DNA of 64,000 nt, from positions 2,133 through 66,132 of the forward strand of contig CAYGDG010000004.1 of the NCBI GenBank assembly GCA_964348725.1. The letters run 5' to 3'. The notes below the pieces were generated by a model. It worked only from the letters and a program-made list of their open reading frames with translations, was not told the DNA's origin and did no database searches. Source of the stretch: an uncultured Candidatus Saccharibacteria bacterium. Lineage in GTDB: Bacteria; Patescibacteriota; Minisyncoccia; Phycocordibacterales; UBA9973. This document shows positions 34,117 to 44,500 of this stretch, piece by piece. Each line of letters begins with the position of its first letter. Position 1 is the stretch's first letter. The position numbers and the translations under genes are program-made.

Positions 34117-35994
34117 TTATTCCGTTTTTACTTCCTCAAACTTCACTTTCTCCTCCTTTCCCTTGATGACTTTCTCCGGCTGGAAGGCGCGGGAGAGAGG
34201 GACGGTATGCATGGCGGCTGTCATGGAGCCGTCTTTTTTTATTTTTATTTCCAGGAGCGCGCCGCGCATGGTATTTACGGAAAAGTATTGATCAAAGATA
34301 AAATTACCGAGGCTGTATGCGATGTAGCCATTTTTATATATTTCCGTATCCTGCACCACGTGCGGATGCGCGCCGATGACGAGCTTGGCGCCCGCATCTA
34401 CTGCGCGGTGGGCGAGCGTTTCTTGCCGTTCATTGTGTTTCGTCTGATATTCATCGCCGAAGTGAAATGATACGACGAGGTGATCTACTTCCGCGGCGGC
34501 ATTTTTTATTATTTCATCAAAATTCGGATCGCTGGCGAGGAGGAGCCCGGCTTCAGTTTCTGTCGCTTTCATCCAGTCGGGACCCACATCAGAGAAAGCG
34601 ATATAGCCTATCTTGATACCATACTTTTCTATGATTGCCGGCTTTTTCGCTTCTTCGTAATTCATGCCGCCGCCGGCTGTGAGTATTTCATTTTCTTTCA
34701 GGCGAGCGAGGGTATCGGTGAAGGCATTTCTACCCCAGTCGCCGACATGATTATTTGCAAGCGACAGTACGGAAAAGCCCGCGCCTTTGAGAGCGGGAGG
34801 CACGGTAGGGTCCATACGGAAAGAATACAAGTTACGTTTGTCAGCGCCTTGATCCGATGCGGGACCTTCCAGATTCGCAAATGCGATGTCCGCTTTTTGC
34901 AATATCCCCAGATTTTCAAAAAGAGCGGTATAATCACCGCCAAAATTTTTCATGACAGAATTTTTGACACCCCGATCCAGCATGATGTCGCCGCCGAAGA
35001 CGAGCGTGAGGAAGTCCGGATCTTTTATTTCCGGCACGCCTTCTTTTTCTTTCACCCAGGCAGTGTCCGCGTCCGCTTCGCCGCCGTAGTATACATTTTT
35101 TTTCAGATATTTCACGAGGCTCATGACGTCCGCATATCTATCAGGGCTCCGCAGGAGGGCGATGGCGACAGTGCGGTTGCCCGTTTCGGAAAGCGGTAGT
35201 ATAAAGACGGATAGTACGGTTTGACGCGCAGGATCAGTGTAGCCGCTCTTGCCGCCCTGATATCCTTCTTCACGCAGGAATTGATTGTTTGATGACCAGA
35301 TATGGCGGTCGGTCTTATATGTTCGTTTAGAACTTATGGAAAAGAGCTCAGGTTTTTTTGTACTAATGAAACCGGCAAGGCGAAAGAGGTCAAGCGCACT
35401 GCCTTGATTCCCGGCGGAAAGCCCGCTCGGATCGGCAAATGATGCTGACAATGCGAGGCGCTCGGATTCCTGGTTCATTTTTGCGATAAAATTTTCACGT
35501 CCGAAATGTTCGGCAAGTATTTCCGCGGCATCGTTTGATGATTCCAGAAGCAGGGGATACAAGAGGTCGCCAGTCTGTATTTTTTCACCTTTCCGAAAGC
35601 CGCCGTTTTCGCCGTATGTGGCGAGCGCGCGAGGGGATACTATCGCCGTGTCATGTTCGCGCGGTAGCTCCGTAGATACGAGGGCAGTCATGAGCTTGGA
35701 CACGGACGCGAGCGGCATCACTTCTTTTTCATTCTTTTTTAAAATTATTTCTCCGGTATCCAAGTCGCCCACGATGTATGCTTCTGCGGCTACTTTTGGT
35801 TTGGCGCTGCCATCTTTGAGGAAATAAAAGAATTCCGGCTCTTGTGGTACAGGGGTCACGGTGACGGGCGCCGGCTCACCTGTTTTTATTTTCTGATAAT
35901 TCGCACTCGTAATAAAAAAGACGAGCGATACGCCTACACCGATGGAAAAAATGGTCCAGAAAAATGCCTTGATTTTTCCTGTGTGCGTCATCAT
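34117..35994 (-). CDS. fusion protein: N-terminal serine-type D-Ala-D-Ala carboxypeptidase (PBP5/DacA-like) domain plus C-terminal CapA/PgsA-type metallophosphatase domain
   Basis: N-terminal TM segment. SxxK LASVSKLMTALV. SxN SSNDAA. KTG-like KSGYT. The C-terminal half has VFGGDIMLDRGV ... FANLEGP ... LANNHVGDWG ... VVSFHFGDEY ... GAHPHVVQ ... YSLGNFIFDQ (CapA/YwtB-like). Confidence 0.65.
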   Translation of the reverse strand: MMTHTGKIKAFFWTIFSIGVGVSLVFFITSANYQKIKTGEPAPVTVTPVPQEPEFFYFLKDGSAKPKVAAEAYIVGDLDTGEIILKKNEKEVMPLASVSKLMTALVSTELPREHDTAIVSPRALATYGENGGFRKGEKIQTGDLLYPLLLESSNDAAEILAEHFGRENFIAKMNQESERLALSASFADPSGLSAGNQGSALDLFRLAGFISTKKPELFSISSKRTYKTDRHIWSSNNQFLREEGYQGGKSGYTDPARQTVLSVFILPLSETGNRTVAIALLRSPDRYADVMSLVKYLKKNVYYGGEADADTAWVKEKEGVPEIKDPDFLTLVFGGDIMLDRGVKNSVMKNFGGDYTALFENLGILQKADIAFANLEGPASDQGADKRNLYSFRMDPTVPPALKGAGFSVLSLANNHVGDWGRNAFTDTLARLKENEILTAGGGMNYEEAKKPAIIEKYGIKIGYIAFSDVGPDWMKATETEAGLLLASDPNFDEIIKNAAAEVDHLVVSFHFGDEYQTKHNERQETLAHRAVDAGAKLVIGAHPHVVQDTEIYKNGYIAYSLGNFIFDQYFSVNTMRGALLEIKIKKDGSMTAAMHTVPLSRAFQPEKVIKGKEEKVKFEEVKTE

Positions 35995-37952
35995 GCTAGT
36001 TCGTAATCAATTATTTTGCGCTCCAAATCTGCCTTTTTTACTTTTATTTTTACGCTGTCGCCCAGGCGATAGCGCTTTTTCTTTTTCTTGCCGACGAGCT
36101 CCAGTTTTTTCTCGTCAAAGATATAAAAATCGTCCGATATGTCGCGGGCGCGTACCATGCCTTCGCACTTTGTCTCAATTTCTTCCACGTATATGCCCCA
36201 CTCGGTGACGCCGGAGATGATGCCTTTAAATGTCTCCCCAATACGGTGCGACATGTATTCCGTCTGCTTGTATTTGATGGATGCGCGTTCAGCGTCAGAT
36301 GCGCGCTTTTCCTGGTCGGAACTTTTGCGGGACATCATCTCATACTCGCTCAATTTTTCTTTCGGCACTTTCTTGCCGGCAAGGTATTCCATAAGCAGGC
36401 GGTGCACCATCACGTCCGGATAGCGGCGGATAGGGGAAGTAAAGTGCGTGTAGTGCTCAAAAGCGAGGCCGTAGTGCCCGATATTTTTTGTGGAGTATAT
36501 CGCTTTTGCCATAGAGCGGATGACCGCGCGATGCACGGCGTCCTTTTCGGGCTTGCCGGCGAGCGAGGCGAGGAGTTTATTTATTTCAAATGGGGGAATG
36601 ACGCCGTTCAGTAATTTTACTTTGTATCCGAGGCCGTTTAGGAAGAGCGCAAGGTCGTGCATTTTTTCTTTTTCCGGCGCGTCATGAATGCGGTACACGA
36701 AGACGCCTTCGCCTTTCTTCATTCCTTTGCCAATGCGTTCGGCTACTTTACGATTCGCGAGGAGCATGAGCTCTTCTATCAATTTATTTGAATCTCCGCG
36801 CACTTTTTTTATGACTTTGAGCGGCACGCCTTTTTCATCCAGCACGAATTTTACTTCTTCCTGGTCCAAAGACACTGCGCCTTTCCGGAAGCGCTCAGCG
36901 GTGAGCTTTTTGGCGATGCCGTTTATGATGGCGAGTTCCGCGTGTAATTCACCATTCTTATCCGTGATAGATTTCTCCGCGTCTTCATAGCTGAAACGCT
37001 TTGCGGAGTGGATGACGGTGCGGCCGAACCATTCATCCAGTACCTGACCTTCTGTGTTCATGTGGAATACGGCGCTCATGGTCAGGCGGTCCTGGCCGGG
37101 CACGAGGGAGCAGAGATCATTTGAAAGTACTTCGGGGAGCATGGGTATCGTCCTGTCTACCAAATATACAGAAGTCGCCCGCTCGCGCGCTTCCTGATCC
37201 AGCTCGCTGCCGGGACGCACGTAATACGATACGTCTGCGATGTGGATGCCGATTTCGTACACCTCACCCCCTGACCCCCTCTCCTTAGTAAGGAGAGGGG
37301 GAAGAATGCGGAAAGAAATCGCGTCATCAAAATCTTTCGCATCTGCCGGGTCAATAGTGAAGGTGAGTATGTTTCTGAAATCGCGGCGGCCTTCGTAATC
37401 TTTTTCAGAAATGCCGAGCCGGCTGATGGCCTGCGCTTCATCTTCCGTACCTCTTGGCAGATCTGGCGCAAAGCCGCGCTCAATGGCGATGGCATTCATC
37501 TCGGCGGAATTTTCGCCCGGCTTGCCGAGCACGCGCATGACTTTTCCTTCAGGCGCTTTGCGCGCATCTTTCCACGACGCTATCTCTACGTACGCTTTTT
37601 CGCCGGCTTTGGCGCCGCCCAGGTTCGCCGGGGGGATCAAGATGTCCGTATACATCTTTGTATCATCTGGCTTCAAAAAAAACACGCCGTTCTCTTCTTC
37701 AATCACGCCGGAAAAACCACGCTTGGCGCGGGATATGATTTCCACCACTTCGCCCGTCTGCCGCACACCTTTCTTTTGCGGGAATAAGGCCACGAGCACG
37801 GTATCGCCGTGCAGGCCGGTGTGCAGATGCAGGGATTCTATTTCCACATCTTCTTCATCTTTCTTTTTTTTCGGTTCCAATGTGCGCAGGTAGCCTACGC
37901 CTTTACCGGAAACAGACAGTATGCCTTCAAGGCGGTTAGATTGTGTATCCAT
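35991..37952 (-). CDS. rnr: ribonuclease R (RNB-family 3'-5' exoribonuclease) carrying an in-frame palindromic-element insertion
   Basis: Cold-shock-like N-terminal domains. RNB motifs FTIDPADAKDFDDAISF and HFTSPIRRYPDVMVHRLL. C-terminal S1 domain and a K-rich tail. Confidence 0.85.
   Translation of the reverse strand: MDTQSNRLEGILSVSGKGVGYLRTLEPKKKKDEEDVEIESLHLHTGLHGDTVLVALFPQKKGVRQTGEVVEIISRAKRGFSGVIEEENGVFFLKPDDTKMYTDILIPPANLGGAKAGEKAYVEIASWKDARKAPEGKVMRVLGKPGENSAEMNAIAIERGFAPDLPRGTEDEAQAISRLGISEKDYEGRRDFRNILTFTIDPADAKDFDDAISFRILPPLLTKERGSGGEVYEIGIHIADVSYYVRPGSELDQEARERATSVYLVDRTIPMLPEVLSNDLCSLVPGQDRLTMSAVFHMNTEGQVLDEWFGRTVIHSAKRFSYEDAEKSITDKNGELHAELAIINGIAKKLTAERFRKGAVSLDQEEVKFVLDEKGVPLKVIKKVRGDSNKLIEELMLLANRKVAERIGKGMKKGEGVFVYRIHDAPEKEKMHDLALFLNGLGYKVKLLNGVIPPFEINKLLASLAGKPEKDAVHRAVIRSMAKAIYSTKNIGHYGLAFEHYTHFTSPIRRYPDVMVHRLLMEYLAGKKVPKEKLSEYEMMSRKSSDQEKRASDAERASIKYKQTEYMSHRIGETFKGIISGVTEWGIYVEEIETKCEGMVRARDISDDFYIFDEKKLELVGKKKKKRYRLGDSVKIKVKKADLERKIIDYELA
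37261..37300 (-). repeat. palindromic element copy C, in-frame inside rnr (encodes PPLLTKERGSGGEV)
   Basis: The sense strand reads CCCCCTCTCCTTACTAAGGAGAGGGGGTCAGGGGGTGAGG. Same family as copies A and B, with substitutions that remove in-frame stop codons. Confidence 0.7.
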
Positions 37953-38007
37953 ATATAGAATATAGCATACCAGTTGCCTTTTTAAAACTTTATGCTAATA
38001 TAGCTGT

Positions 38008-38316
38008 ATGTTAAAAATTAGATTGAGCAGAATAGGCAGAAAGAACGACCCCGCATTCCGGGCGGTTCTGACCGACTCCAAGAATGCCGCGAAGAGCGGA
38101 AAATTTTTAGAAATCGTAGGGACGTATAATCCGAAAGCAGGCGAGGCGAAATTTGACGGCGAACGCATCAAGCACTGGATCAGCCAGGGCGCAAAGCTCT
38201 CTGACACGGTACATAATTTTCTTGTATCCCAAAAAGTAATAGAAGGGAAGAAAATAAACGTGCTTTCTAGGAAGAAGCCTACTATCAAGCGCAAGGAGTT
38301 GAAAGCGAAGAAATAA
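38008..38316 (+). CDS. rpsP: 30S ribosomal protein S16
   Basis: MLKIRLSRIGRKNDPAFRAVLTDSKNAAKSGKFLEIVGTYNP. Confidence 0.9.
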   Translation: MLKIRLSRIGRKNDPAFRAVLTDSKNAAKSGKFLEIVGTYNPKAGEAKFDGERIKHWISQGAKLSDTVHNFLVSQKVIEGKKINVLSRKKPTIKRKELKAKK

Positions 38317-38384
38317 TTTTATATAATAGTTCCAGCAGTCGCCTTGGTCGGGGACTGCCTGATTAAAAATTTATACAGTACATT

Positions 38385-38708
38385 ATGCAAGACAACGACA
38401 AAATATTTCTAGAGTATGTAGTGAAGGCTTTGGTAGATAATCCGAATGACGTAAAGATTGACCGTGCCGTGGACGAGATGGGTGTGCTCATTACGCTCAC
38501 CGTGAACCCGGCAGACATGGGCAAGATCATCGGACGTATGGGTAACACCGCAAAAGCGATCCGCACATTACTCCGCGTCATCGGCATGAAGAACAATGCC
38601 CGCGTGAATCTAAAGATAAACGAGCCCGAAGGCGGCACCCGCCCGGCTTCCGTGAGCATGCCTGTAGGCACTGTGGATCAGGCTATGGAGGACTTGAAGG
38701 GAATATAA
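38385..38708 (+). CDS. KH-domain RNA-binding protein (YlqC/UPF0109-like)
   Basis: GKIIGRMGNTAKAIRTLLRVIG is a KH GxxG loop. It occupies the conserved position after rpsP. Confidence 0.75.
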   Translation: MQDNDKIFLEYVVKALVDNPNDVKIDRAVDEMGVLITLTVNPADMGKIIGRMGNTAKAIRTLLRVIGMKNNARVNLKINEPEGGTRPASVSMPVGTVDQAMEDLKGI

Positions 38709-38793
38709 TTAAAATTTTTCCAGAAAAAGCCCGAGCAATCGGGCTTTTTCTTTACGGAGGTGTTACCCCGTATTCTTTGCTACCTGATTTATC

Positions 38794-39021
38794 GTGTGCT
38801 ATAATACAAGTATGGTTACCATAACCCTTCCGAAAATTGAATATTTGAAGTTGAAAAAGGAAGCTATCGCGTACCGTCGCTTGAAGGCGGAGGTCTTTGA
38901 ATCTTTGATGCGGGATCCTGTCGGCCGAGTCGTGAAAAATTTCCGAAAAACTAAAATTTATTCCGAAGGATTTCTGAAAGACCTCGAAGAAGGCCTCCGC
39001 TCGTCTTCTTATGGCAAATAG
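38794..39021 (+). CDS. putative antitoxin of a type II TA pair (hypothetical)
   Basis: 75 aa. Overlaps the downstream toxin-like gene by 11 nt. MVTITLPKIEYLKLKKEA may form a ribbon-helix-helix-like beta strand. An alternative start is at 38812. Confidence 0.3.
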   Translation: MCYNTSMVTITLPKIEYLKLKKEAIAYRRLKAEVFESLMRDPVGRVVKNFRKTKIYSEGFLKDLEEGLRSSSYGK

Positions 39022-39274
39022 TTTTAAAGTAATTATTGCTGCGCCAAAAGTTCTACAGTACGCGGCTGAGCGGGGAATTTCCGCAAAGTTTATGAAAGCC
39101 AGGGCCTACTTGGCAAAAGACATACGGCACTCTTCTTTACGCACCGAACTTCTTGAGCCGAAGTCGGATGGCGTTTATTCTTTTCGTGTAGATAGAAAAT
39201 ACCGAGGCCTTTTCTTTTTCAATACAAGCGGTGAAATTGAAATTTTCGCTCTGACTAATCATTATAAAAAATAA
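39011..39274 (+). CDS. putative RelE/ParE-superfamily (HigB-like) toxin
   Basis: LEPKSDGVYSFRVDRKYRGLFFFNTSGEIEIFALTNHY resembles HigB (LHPLKGDREGYWSITVRANWRITFQFINGDAYILNYEDYH). Confidence 0.4.
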   Translation: MANSFKVIIAAPKVLQYAAERGISAKFMKARAYLAKDIRHSSLRTELLEPKSDGVYSFRVDRKYRGLFFFNTSGEIEIFALTNHYKK

Positions 39275-39278
39275 CGTC

Positions 39279-39923
39279 ATGCGTTTCCATATTATTACAA
39301 TTTTCCCCCAGGCCTTTGACTCTTATTTACAAGAGTCTATTATCGGCCGCGCGATACGGGATAAGAAGATACAAATAAAGTTTTACAATCCTATGGATTT
39401 TTGCAAGCCAAAGGAGCGAGTGGATGGCCGGCCGTATGGCGGCGGGCCGGGGATGGTGCTGCGCCCGGAAGTTTTCTTGAAAGCATTTTCTTTAATAAAG
39501 ATTAAAAATAAAAAGGCAAAAATAAAAATCATACATTTCTCTCCCTCCGGCAAAAAATTTGATACGGCGTATGCAAAAACTTCTGCCAAAAAATATACGG
39601 ATATCATTCTCATTTCCGGCCGGTACGAAGGCATAGACGCTCGTGTTCAGAAAATTTTAAAGGCAGAAGAGATTTCAATAGGGGATTATGTCCTCACCTC
39701 CGGCGATTTGCCGGCCATGGTGCTGATAGATTCCATTTCCCGCCAGATTCCCGGCGTACTCGGCAAATATGAATCCCTGGAAGAAGAGCGCGTATCATCC
39801 AGCGAAGTGTACACTCGCCCGGAAATCTTCAAATACAAAAACAAGAACTACCGCGTGCCAAAAGTGCTCCTTTCCGGCCACCAGGCGAAGATAGATGAGT
39901 GGAAAAAGAGCCGCAATCTATAA
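39279..39923 (+). CDS. trmD: tRNA (guanine37-N1)-methyltransferase
   Basis: MRFHIITIFPQAF ... GRPYGGGPGMVLRPEVF ... LISGRYEGIDARV ... EISIGDYVLTSGDLPAMVLIDSISRQIPGVLG. Confidence 0.9.
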   Translation: MRFHIITIFPQAFDSYLQESIIGRAIRDKKIQIKFYNPMDFCKPKERVDGRPYGGGPGMVLRPEVFLKAFSLIKIKNKKAKIKIIHFSPSGKKFDTAYAKTSAKKYTDIILISGRYEGIDARVQKILKAEEISIGDYVLTSGDLPAMVLIDSISRQIPGVLGKYESLEEERVSSSEVYTRPEIFKYKNKNYRVPKVLLSGHQAKIDEWKKSRNL

Positions 39924-39999
39924 TTGACTTGCATTTTGTGCGGGCGTACAATTTATATAAACAACTTCTTATTTTCACTTCTTTAAAAAACTCAGACTT

Positions 40000-40374
40000 A
40001 TGAAAACTCTCATCTCCGTATGCGCAATGCTTCTGATTAGCTTCGGGTTATATGCCCAAGCATATCATCTGGAAACAGATGTATTTGATCCGTATCTTTC
40101 TTCTTCAGATACATTATGCGCTACACTTCGTTTTGATGACTGTGGCCGTCTGTCTTTAAAATTTTTAAGCACAACAGATGCGATGCGGATAGAAATTATA
40201 GATTATGAGCCGGATGATGATATATCAAGCTGGAAAGTGATGGATCTTTGCCGCTACAGGCTCACTTCGCGGTGGTATTGTGATACATCTTGGCACAATC
40301 CACTTGATTCGGCACAGTTCTCCTATCTCTTAGGAGAAACAGTGGCACGGCTTCGATATGAACACAAGAAGTGA
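40000..40374 (+). CDS. secreted hypothetical protein
   Basis: Signal peptide MKTLISVCAMLLISFGLYAQA. 124 aa. Confidence 0.4.
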   Translation: MKTLISVCAMLLISFGLYAQAYHLETDVFDPYLSSSDTLCATLRFDDCGRLSLKFLSTTDAMRIEIIDYEPDDDISSWKVMDLCRYRLTSRWYCDTSWHNPLDSAQFSYLLGETVARLRYEHKK

Positions 40375-40470
40375 CTTATAAATATGAAAGCGGGACTCAT
40401 CAGAGGCCCGTTTTTTTGATTTTAAAGCTGATTCGTGTTATTCTACAAAAAACTCTAAACCCTACGCACC

Positions 40471-41262
40471 ATGAAAAAAATAAATAAACTTACAGCACTC
40501 ATCGTGCTATCGCTCGCGCTTGCCGTGCCGGACCTCTATGCGCAAAAGACCCACATTCCCGAGCTTCTCGCGCAATGCGTGATGGCCGGGAGTGAAGTGC
40601 CGGAAGACGTGAAACTCCGTGCCCAAGACCTGATGAAAAAGACTGCCGATTCAGTCCTTCGGGACAGCGTCACCGCTCTGGTGCTCCGAAAAGCAGAAAA
40701 GAACATTATTAAAGTTAAAATTATCACAACAGGAAAGAATATCGATTATTTTCTTTCCCACGATTCTGCAACGACCGAGATACAGTACACACTTTATCTC
40801 CGCTCGGCTTCCGTGCGTAAAGTGGTGAAAGATGGTCAGACTGTCAATAAGTACACTTCCAGCTTGCTTGCCAGCGAAGTGAATTATTTAGATAGAAGAT
40901 ACGGCGTAAGCAGGATGTATATGAGCCGATGTATGAATCCCGGAGGCGGGCAGCATGAACAGAGTGGTTCAAGAAAGGATATCGAGTTTTTTGCTGACTG
41001 TATGGCGAATCTAATTGTGATGAGCGCCGCAGTTCCGCTCTCCCTTTCAAATTGTTTGGCGGTAGAGCTGGAAGACAGCACCAGTAGAAATCTTTTTATT
41101 CAGTATATCTGCCGACGGGGGATAGAAATTTCTAATACTGACGATGGCATGCATATCGCTGTCACTCGCTATGCGCCGGACGGCAAAGAATTACAATACG
41201 ATATACGTCTGAATGGGCAGAACTTGTCTCCCATTGCCGTACGTCATAATCCGCAAGAATGA
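40471..41262 (+). CDS. secreted hypothetical protein
   Basis: Signal peptide MKKINKLTALIVLSLALAVPDLYAQ. 263 aa. Confidence 0.4.
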   Translation: MKKINKLTALIVLSLALAVPDLYAQKTHIPELLAQCVMAGSEVPEDVKLRAQDLMKKTADSVLRDSVTALVLRKAEKNIIKVKIITTGKNIDYFLSHDSATTEIQYTLYLRSASVRKVVKDGQTVNKYTSSLLASEVNYLDRRYGVSRMYMSRCMNPGGGQHEQSGSRKDIEFFADCMANLIVMSAAVPLSLSNCLAVELEDSTSRNLFIQYICRRGIEISNTDDGMHIAVTRYAPDGKELQYDIRLNGQNLSPIAVRHNPQE

Positions 41263-41288
41263 CGCGGATTGCATACAAAATAAAAAAA

Positions 41289-41315
41289 GCGTTCCTCTCG
41301 GGGAATGCTTTTTTC
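41289..41315 (+). terminator. intrinsic terminator after 40471..41262
   Basis: GCGTTCCtctcgGGAATGC, a 7-bp stem with one G:U pair, followed by TTTTTTC. Confidence 0.5.
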
Positions 41316-41333
41316 TTTATCCACATAAAACGA

Positions 41334-41361
41334 TTGACTTTTTAACGGAGATGAGTATACT
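41334..41361 (+). promoter_or_regulatory. candidate sigma70-type promoter for rpoB (TTGACT-N16-TATACT)
   Basis: Hexamers lie about 140 nt upstream of the rpoB ATG. Sequence match only. Confidence 0.35.
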
Positions 41362-41503
41362 TTTGGGGATTGGAAGATTGAGTCACTGATGCAATCCTTT
41401 CGCATTATTATAGTGTTATCTTAATCACTCAGAGTCGAATAAGTAAAAGAAAAGCATAACTGAGCTGTTTTTCTTTTGTTTTTTCGTCTCTATATAACAA
41501 AAT

Positions 41504-44500
41504 ATGCATACAGAAGCAAAGCGTCCGAAGAAGTATTTCTCGAGGTACAAGAAGCCTCTCATTGAGTTCCCGAACTTGATCGAGACGCAAGTAAAATCTT
41601 TCAAGTGGCTCGTGGCCGAAGGCTTGAAAGAAGTATTCAAAGAATTTTCTCCTATCGCCGATTATTCCGGCAAGAAGTTCCAGCTGGAGTTCACTTCGTT
41701 CTCGCTCGGCGAGCCGAAGTGCGATCAGAACTATGCAAAGACTAATAAGCTCTCATACGAAGGGCTTTTGAAGGCGCGCGTGAAGCTCACAAATAAAATT
41801 CTCGGTACGGTAAAGGAGCAGGAAATATTTATGTCCGAGCTCCCGCTCATGACCGGCCATGGCACATTTATCATAAACGGCGTCGAGCGCGTGCTCGTGC
41901 CGCAGCTCGCTCGCTCTTTCGGCGTATTCTTCACTGAAAACGAGAGCAAAGGCAAGAGATATTTTGGCGCGAAAGTCATCCCTGCGCGCGGTGTCTGGAT
42001 CGAGATCGAATCAGAAGCTGACGGCGCTATTTATATTCGCATCGACAAAAAGAGAAAATTCCCCGCTACCGCACTCCTTCGCGTGATGGGCTTCCACACA
42101 AATGAAGCCATCGAAGAAGCCTTCAAGGGAAACCCTACCTGGGCGGAAGCTATTAAGGCATCCTTGGCTAAAGATCCAGCCAAGTCACTGAGCGATTCAT
42201 ATATTGATATTTACAAGCGCCTCCGCGACGGCGATATGGCGACCGCTGACAATGCGAAAGAATTCATCAATTCACTTTTTACCGCAGAACGCTACGACCT
42301 TTCTCCGGTCGGCCGCTTCCGTTTCAACAAGCGCTTTGAAAAAGACATGGGCGAGGCTGAAATGGCGCGCCGCACTATTTCCAAAGAAGATTTGGTGAGC
42401 GTGCTTACGAATATTATCGACCTCAATAATACGCCGGGGGCAAAGAGCGACGACATTGATCACCTCGGCCAGCGCCGCGTGCGCTTCGTGGGCGAGATGC
42501 TCCAACAGAAAGTGCGCACCGGTATGATGCAGATCAAGAGAAATATTCAGGACCGCATGTCTACTATTGACGTCGATACCGCGATGCCGATCCAGATTAT
42601 CAACCAGCGTCCGCTCCAGGCCCGCATCAAGGAATTTTTCACTACGAACCAGCTCTCACAATTCATGGCGCAGGAAAATGTGCTGTACGAGATAGAGCAT
42701 CTTCGCACGCTGTCCGCACTTGGACCCGGCGGTCTTGTACGCGAGCGCGCGGGTCTCGAAGTGCGCGACGTGCACCCATCCCACTATGGCCGCGTCTGTC
42801 CTATCCACACGCCTGAAGGTCCGAACATTGGTCTTATTCTTCACCTTGCAACATATGCGAAGATCAATGATTTCGGTATTATCGAAACTCCGTACATCAA
42901 AGTAAAGAACGGCAAGATCACCGGTGAAGTGCAATACTTGAACGCTCTTGAAGAAGAAAAGTACAATATCGCGCACGCCGGCATTCCGTATGACAAAGAC
43001 GGCAAGATCACCGAAGACAAAGTAGAAGCTCGCGTGAAGACAAACCCAGGCCTCATCGCTCGAGAAGAAGTGGACTTCATAGATGTCGCTACGAATCAGG
43101 CTTTCTCTATTGCTACCTCGCTCGTGCCATTCCTCGAACACAACGATGCAAACCGCGCACTCATGGGATCAAACATGCAGAAGCAGGCTGTGCCATGCGT
43201 ATTACCTGAAGCTCCGCTCGTTGCCACCGGCATGGAGGAATTAGCATCCCGTGATTCTGGCCGCCTCGTCATCGCTGAAGAAGACGGCGTCGTGTCATAT
43301 ATCGATGCGCGTAAAGTCGTCGTCACCGGTAAGACAGAGAAGACCTATACGTTTATAAACTTCCTCCGCAACAACAACTTTTCCGCATTCCATCAGCGTC
43401 CGAATGTGAATATGGGAGATAAAGTAAAGAAAGGCGACGTCCTCGCTGATACATCATCGACCGTCGGCGGACAGATTTCCCTCGGGCAAAACATCCTCGT
43501 AGCCTTTATGTCATGGTCTGGTTCGAACTACGAAGACGCGATTATTGTATCTGAAAGACTCGTGAAGAAAAGCAAATTTACTTCCGTCTACGTAGAAGAA
43601 TTTACTTGCGTTGTTCGCGATACCAAGCTCGGACCCGAAATTACCACTCGTGATATCCCGAATGTCGGCGAATTGAAATTGAAAGATCTCGATGAGGATG
43701 GCATCGTACGCGTGGGCGCGGAAGTTCGCGAGAACGATATCTTGGTAGGAAAAATTACTCCAAAAGGCGAGACTGAACTTACCCCTGAAGAACGCCTCCT
43801 CCGCTCCATCTTTGCCGAAAAAGCACGCGATGTGAAAGACACATCGCTCCGCATGGAACACGGCAAGCGTGGACGCATCATCGGTGTGAAGATCTTCTCT
43901 CGCGATCTCGGACACTCTCTCGAATCCGGCATCATTAAGAAGATCGTCATTGAAGTGGCGCAGATCAGAAATATTTCCGTCGGTGACAAGCTTGCCGGAC
44001 GCCACGGTAACAAAGGTGTCATTTCCACCATTCTTCCTGAAGAAGATATGCCGTACATGGCCGATGGAACTCCGGTAGACATTATCCTCACTCCGCTCGG
44101 CGTGCCTTCCCGTATGAACCTCGGACAGATTTTGGAAATGCATCTCGGTATGGCCGCGAACACCCTCGGCTACCAGGCGATCGTGCCGCCATTCCTTGGC
44201 GCAAAGCATGAAGAAATAAAAGAAGAGCTCGTAAAAGCGGGCTTGCCTGAAAATGGAAAGATGAAGCTCTTTGACGGACGCTCCGGCGACGCATTCCAGC
44301 AGGATGTGGCAGTGGGCTACATGTACATGTTGAAATTGCACCACATGGTGGAAGACAAGATCCACATGCGTTCCATCGGTCCCTACTCCCTCATCACCCA
44401 GCAGCCGCTCGGCGGAAAAGCTCAGGGCGGAGGACAGCGATTCGGAGAAATGGAAGTGTGGGCTCTCGAAGGATACGGCGCTGCTTATGCCCTTCGCGAA

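Noticed and set aside
34480-35199. 239-aa plus-strand ORF antisense to the DacA-CapA fusion gene
   Set aside because: Shadow ORF. The minus-strand frame carries both domain signatures.
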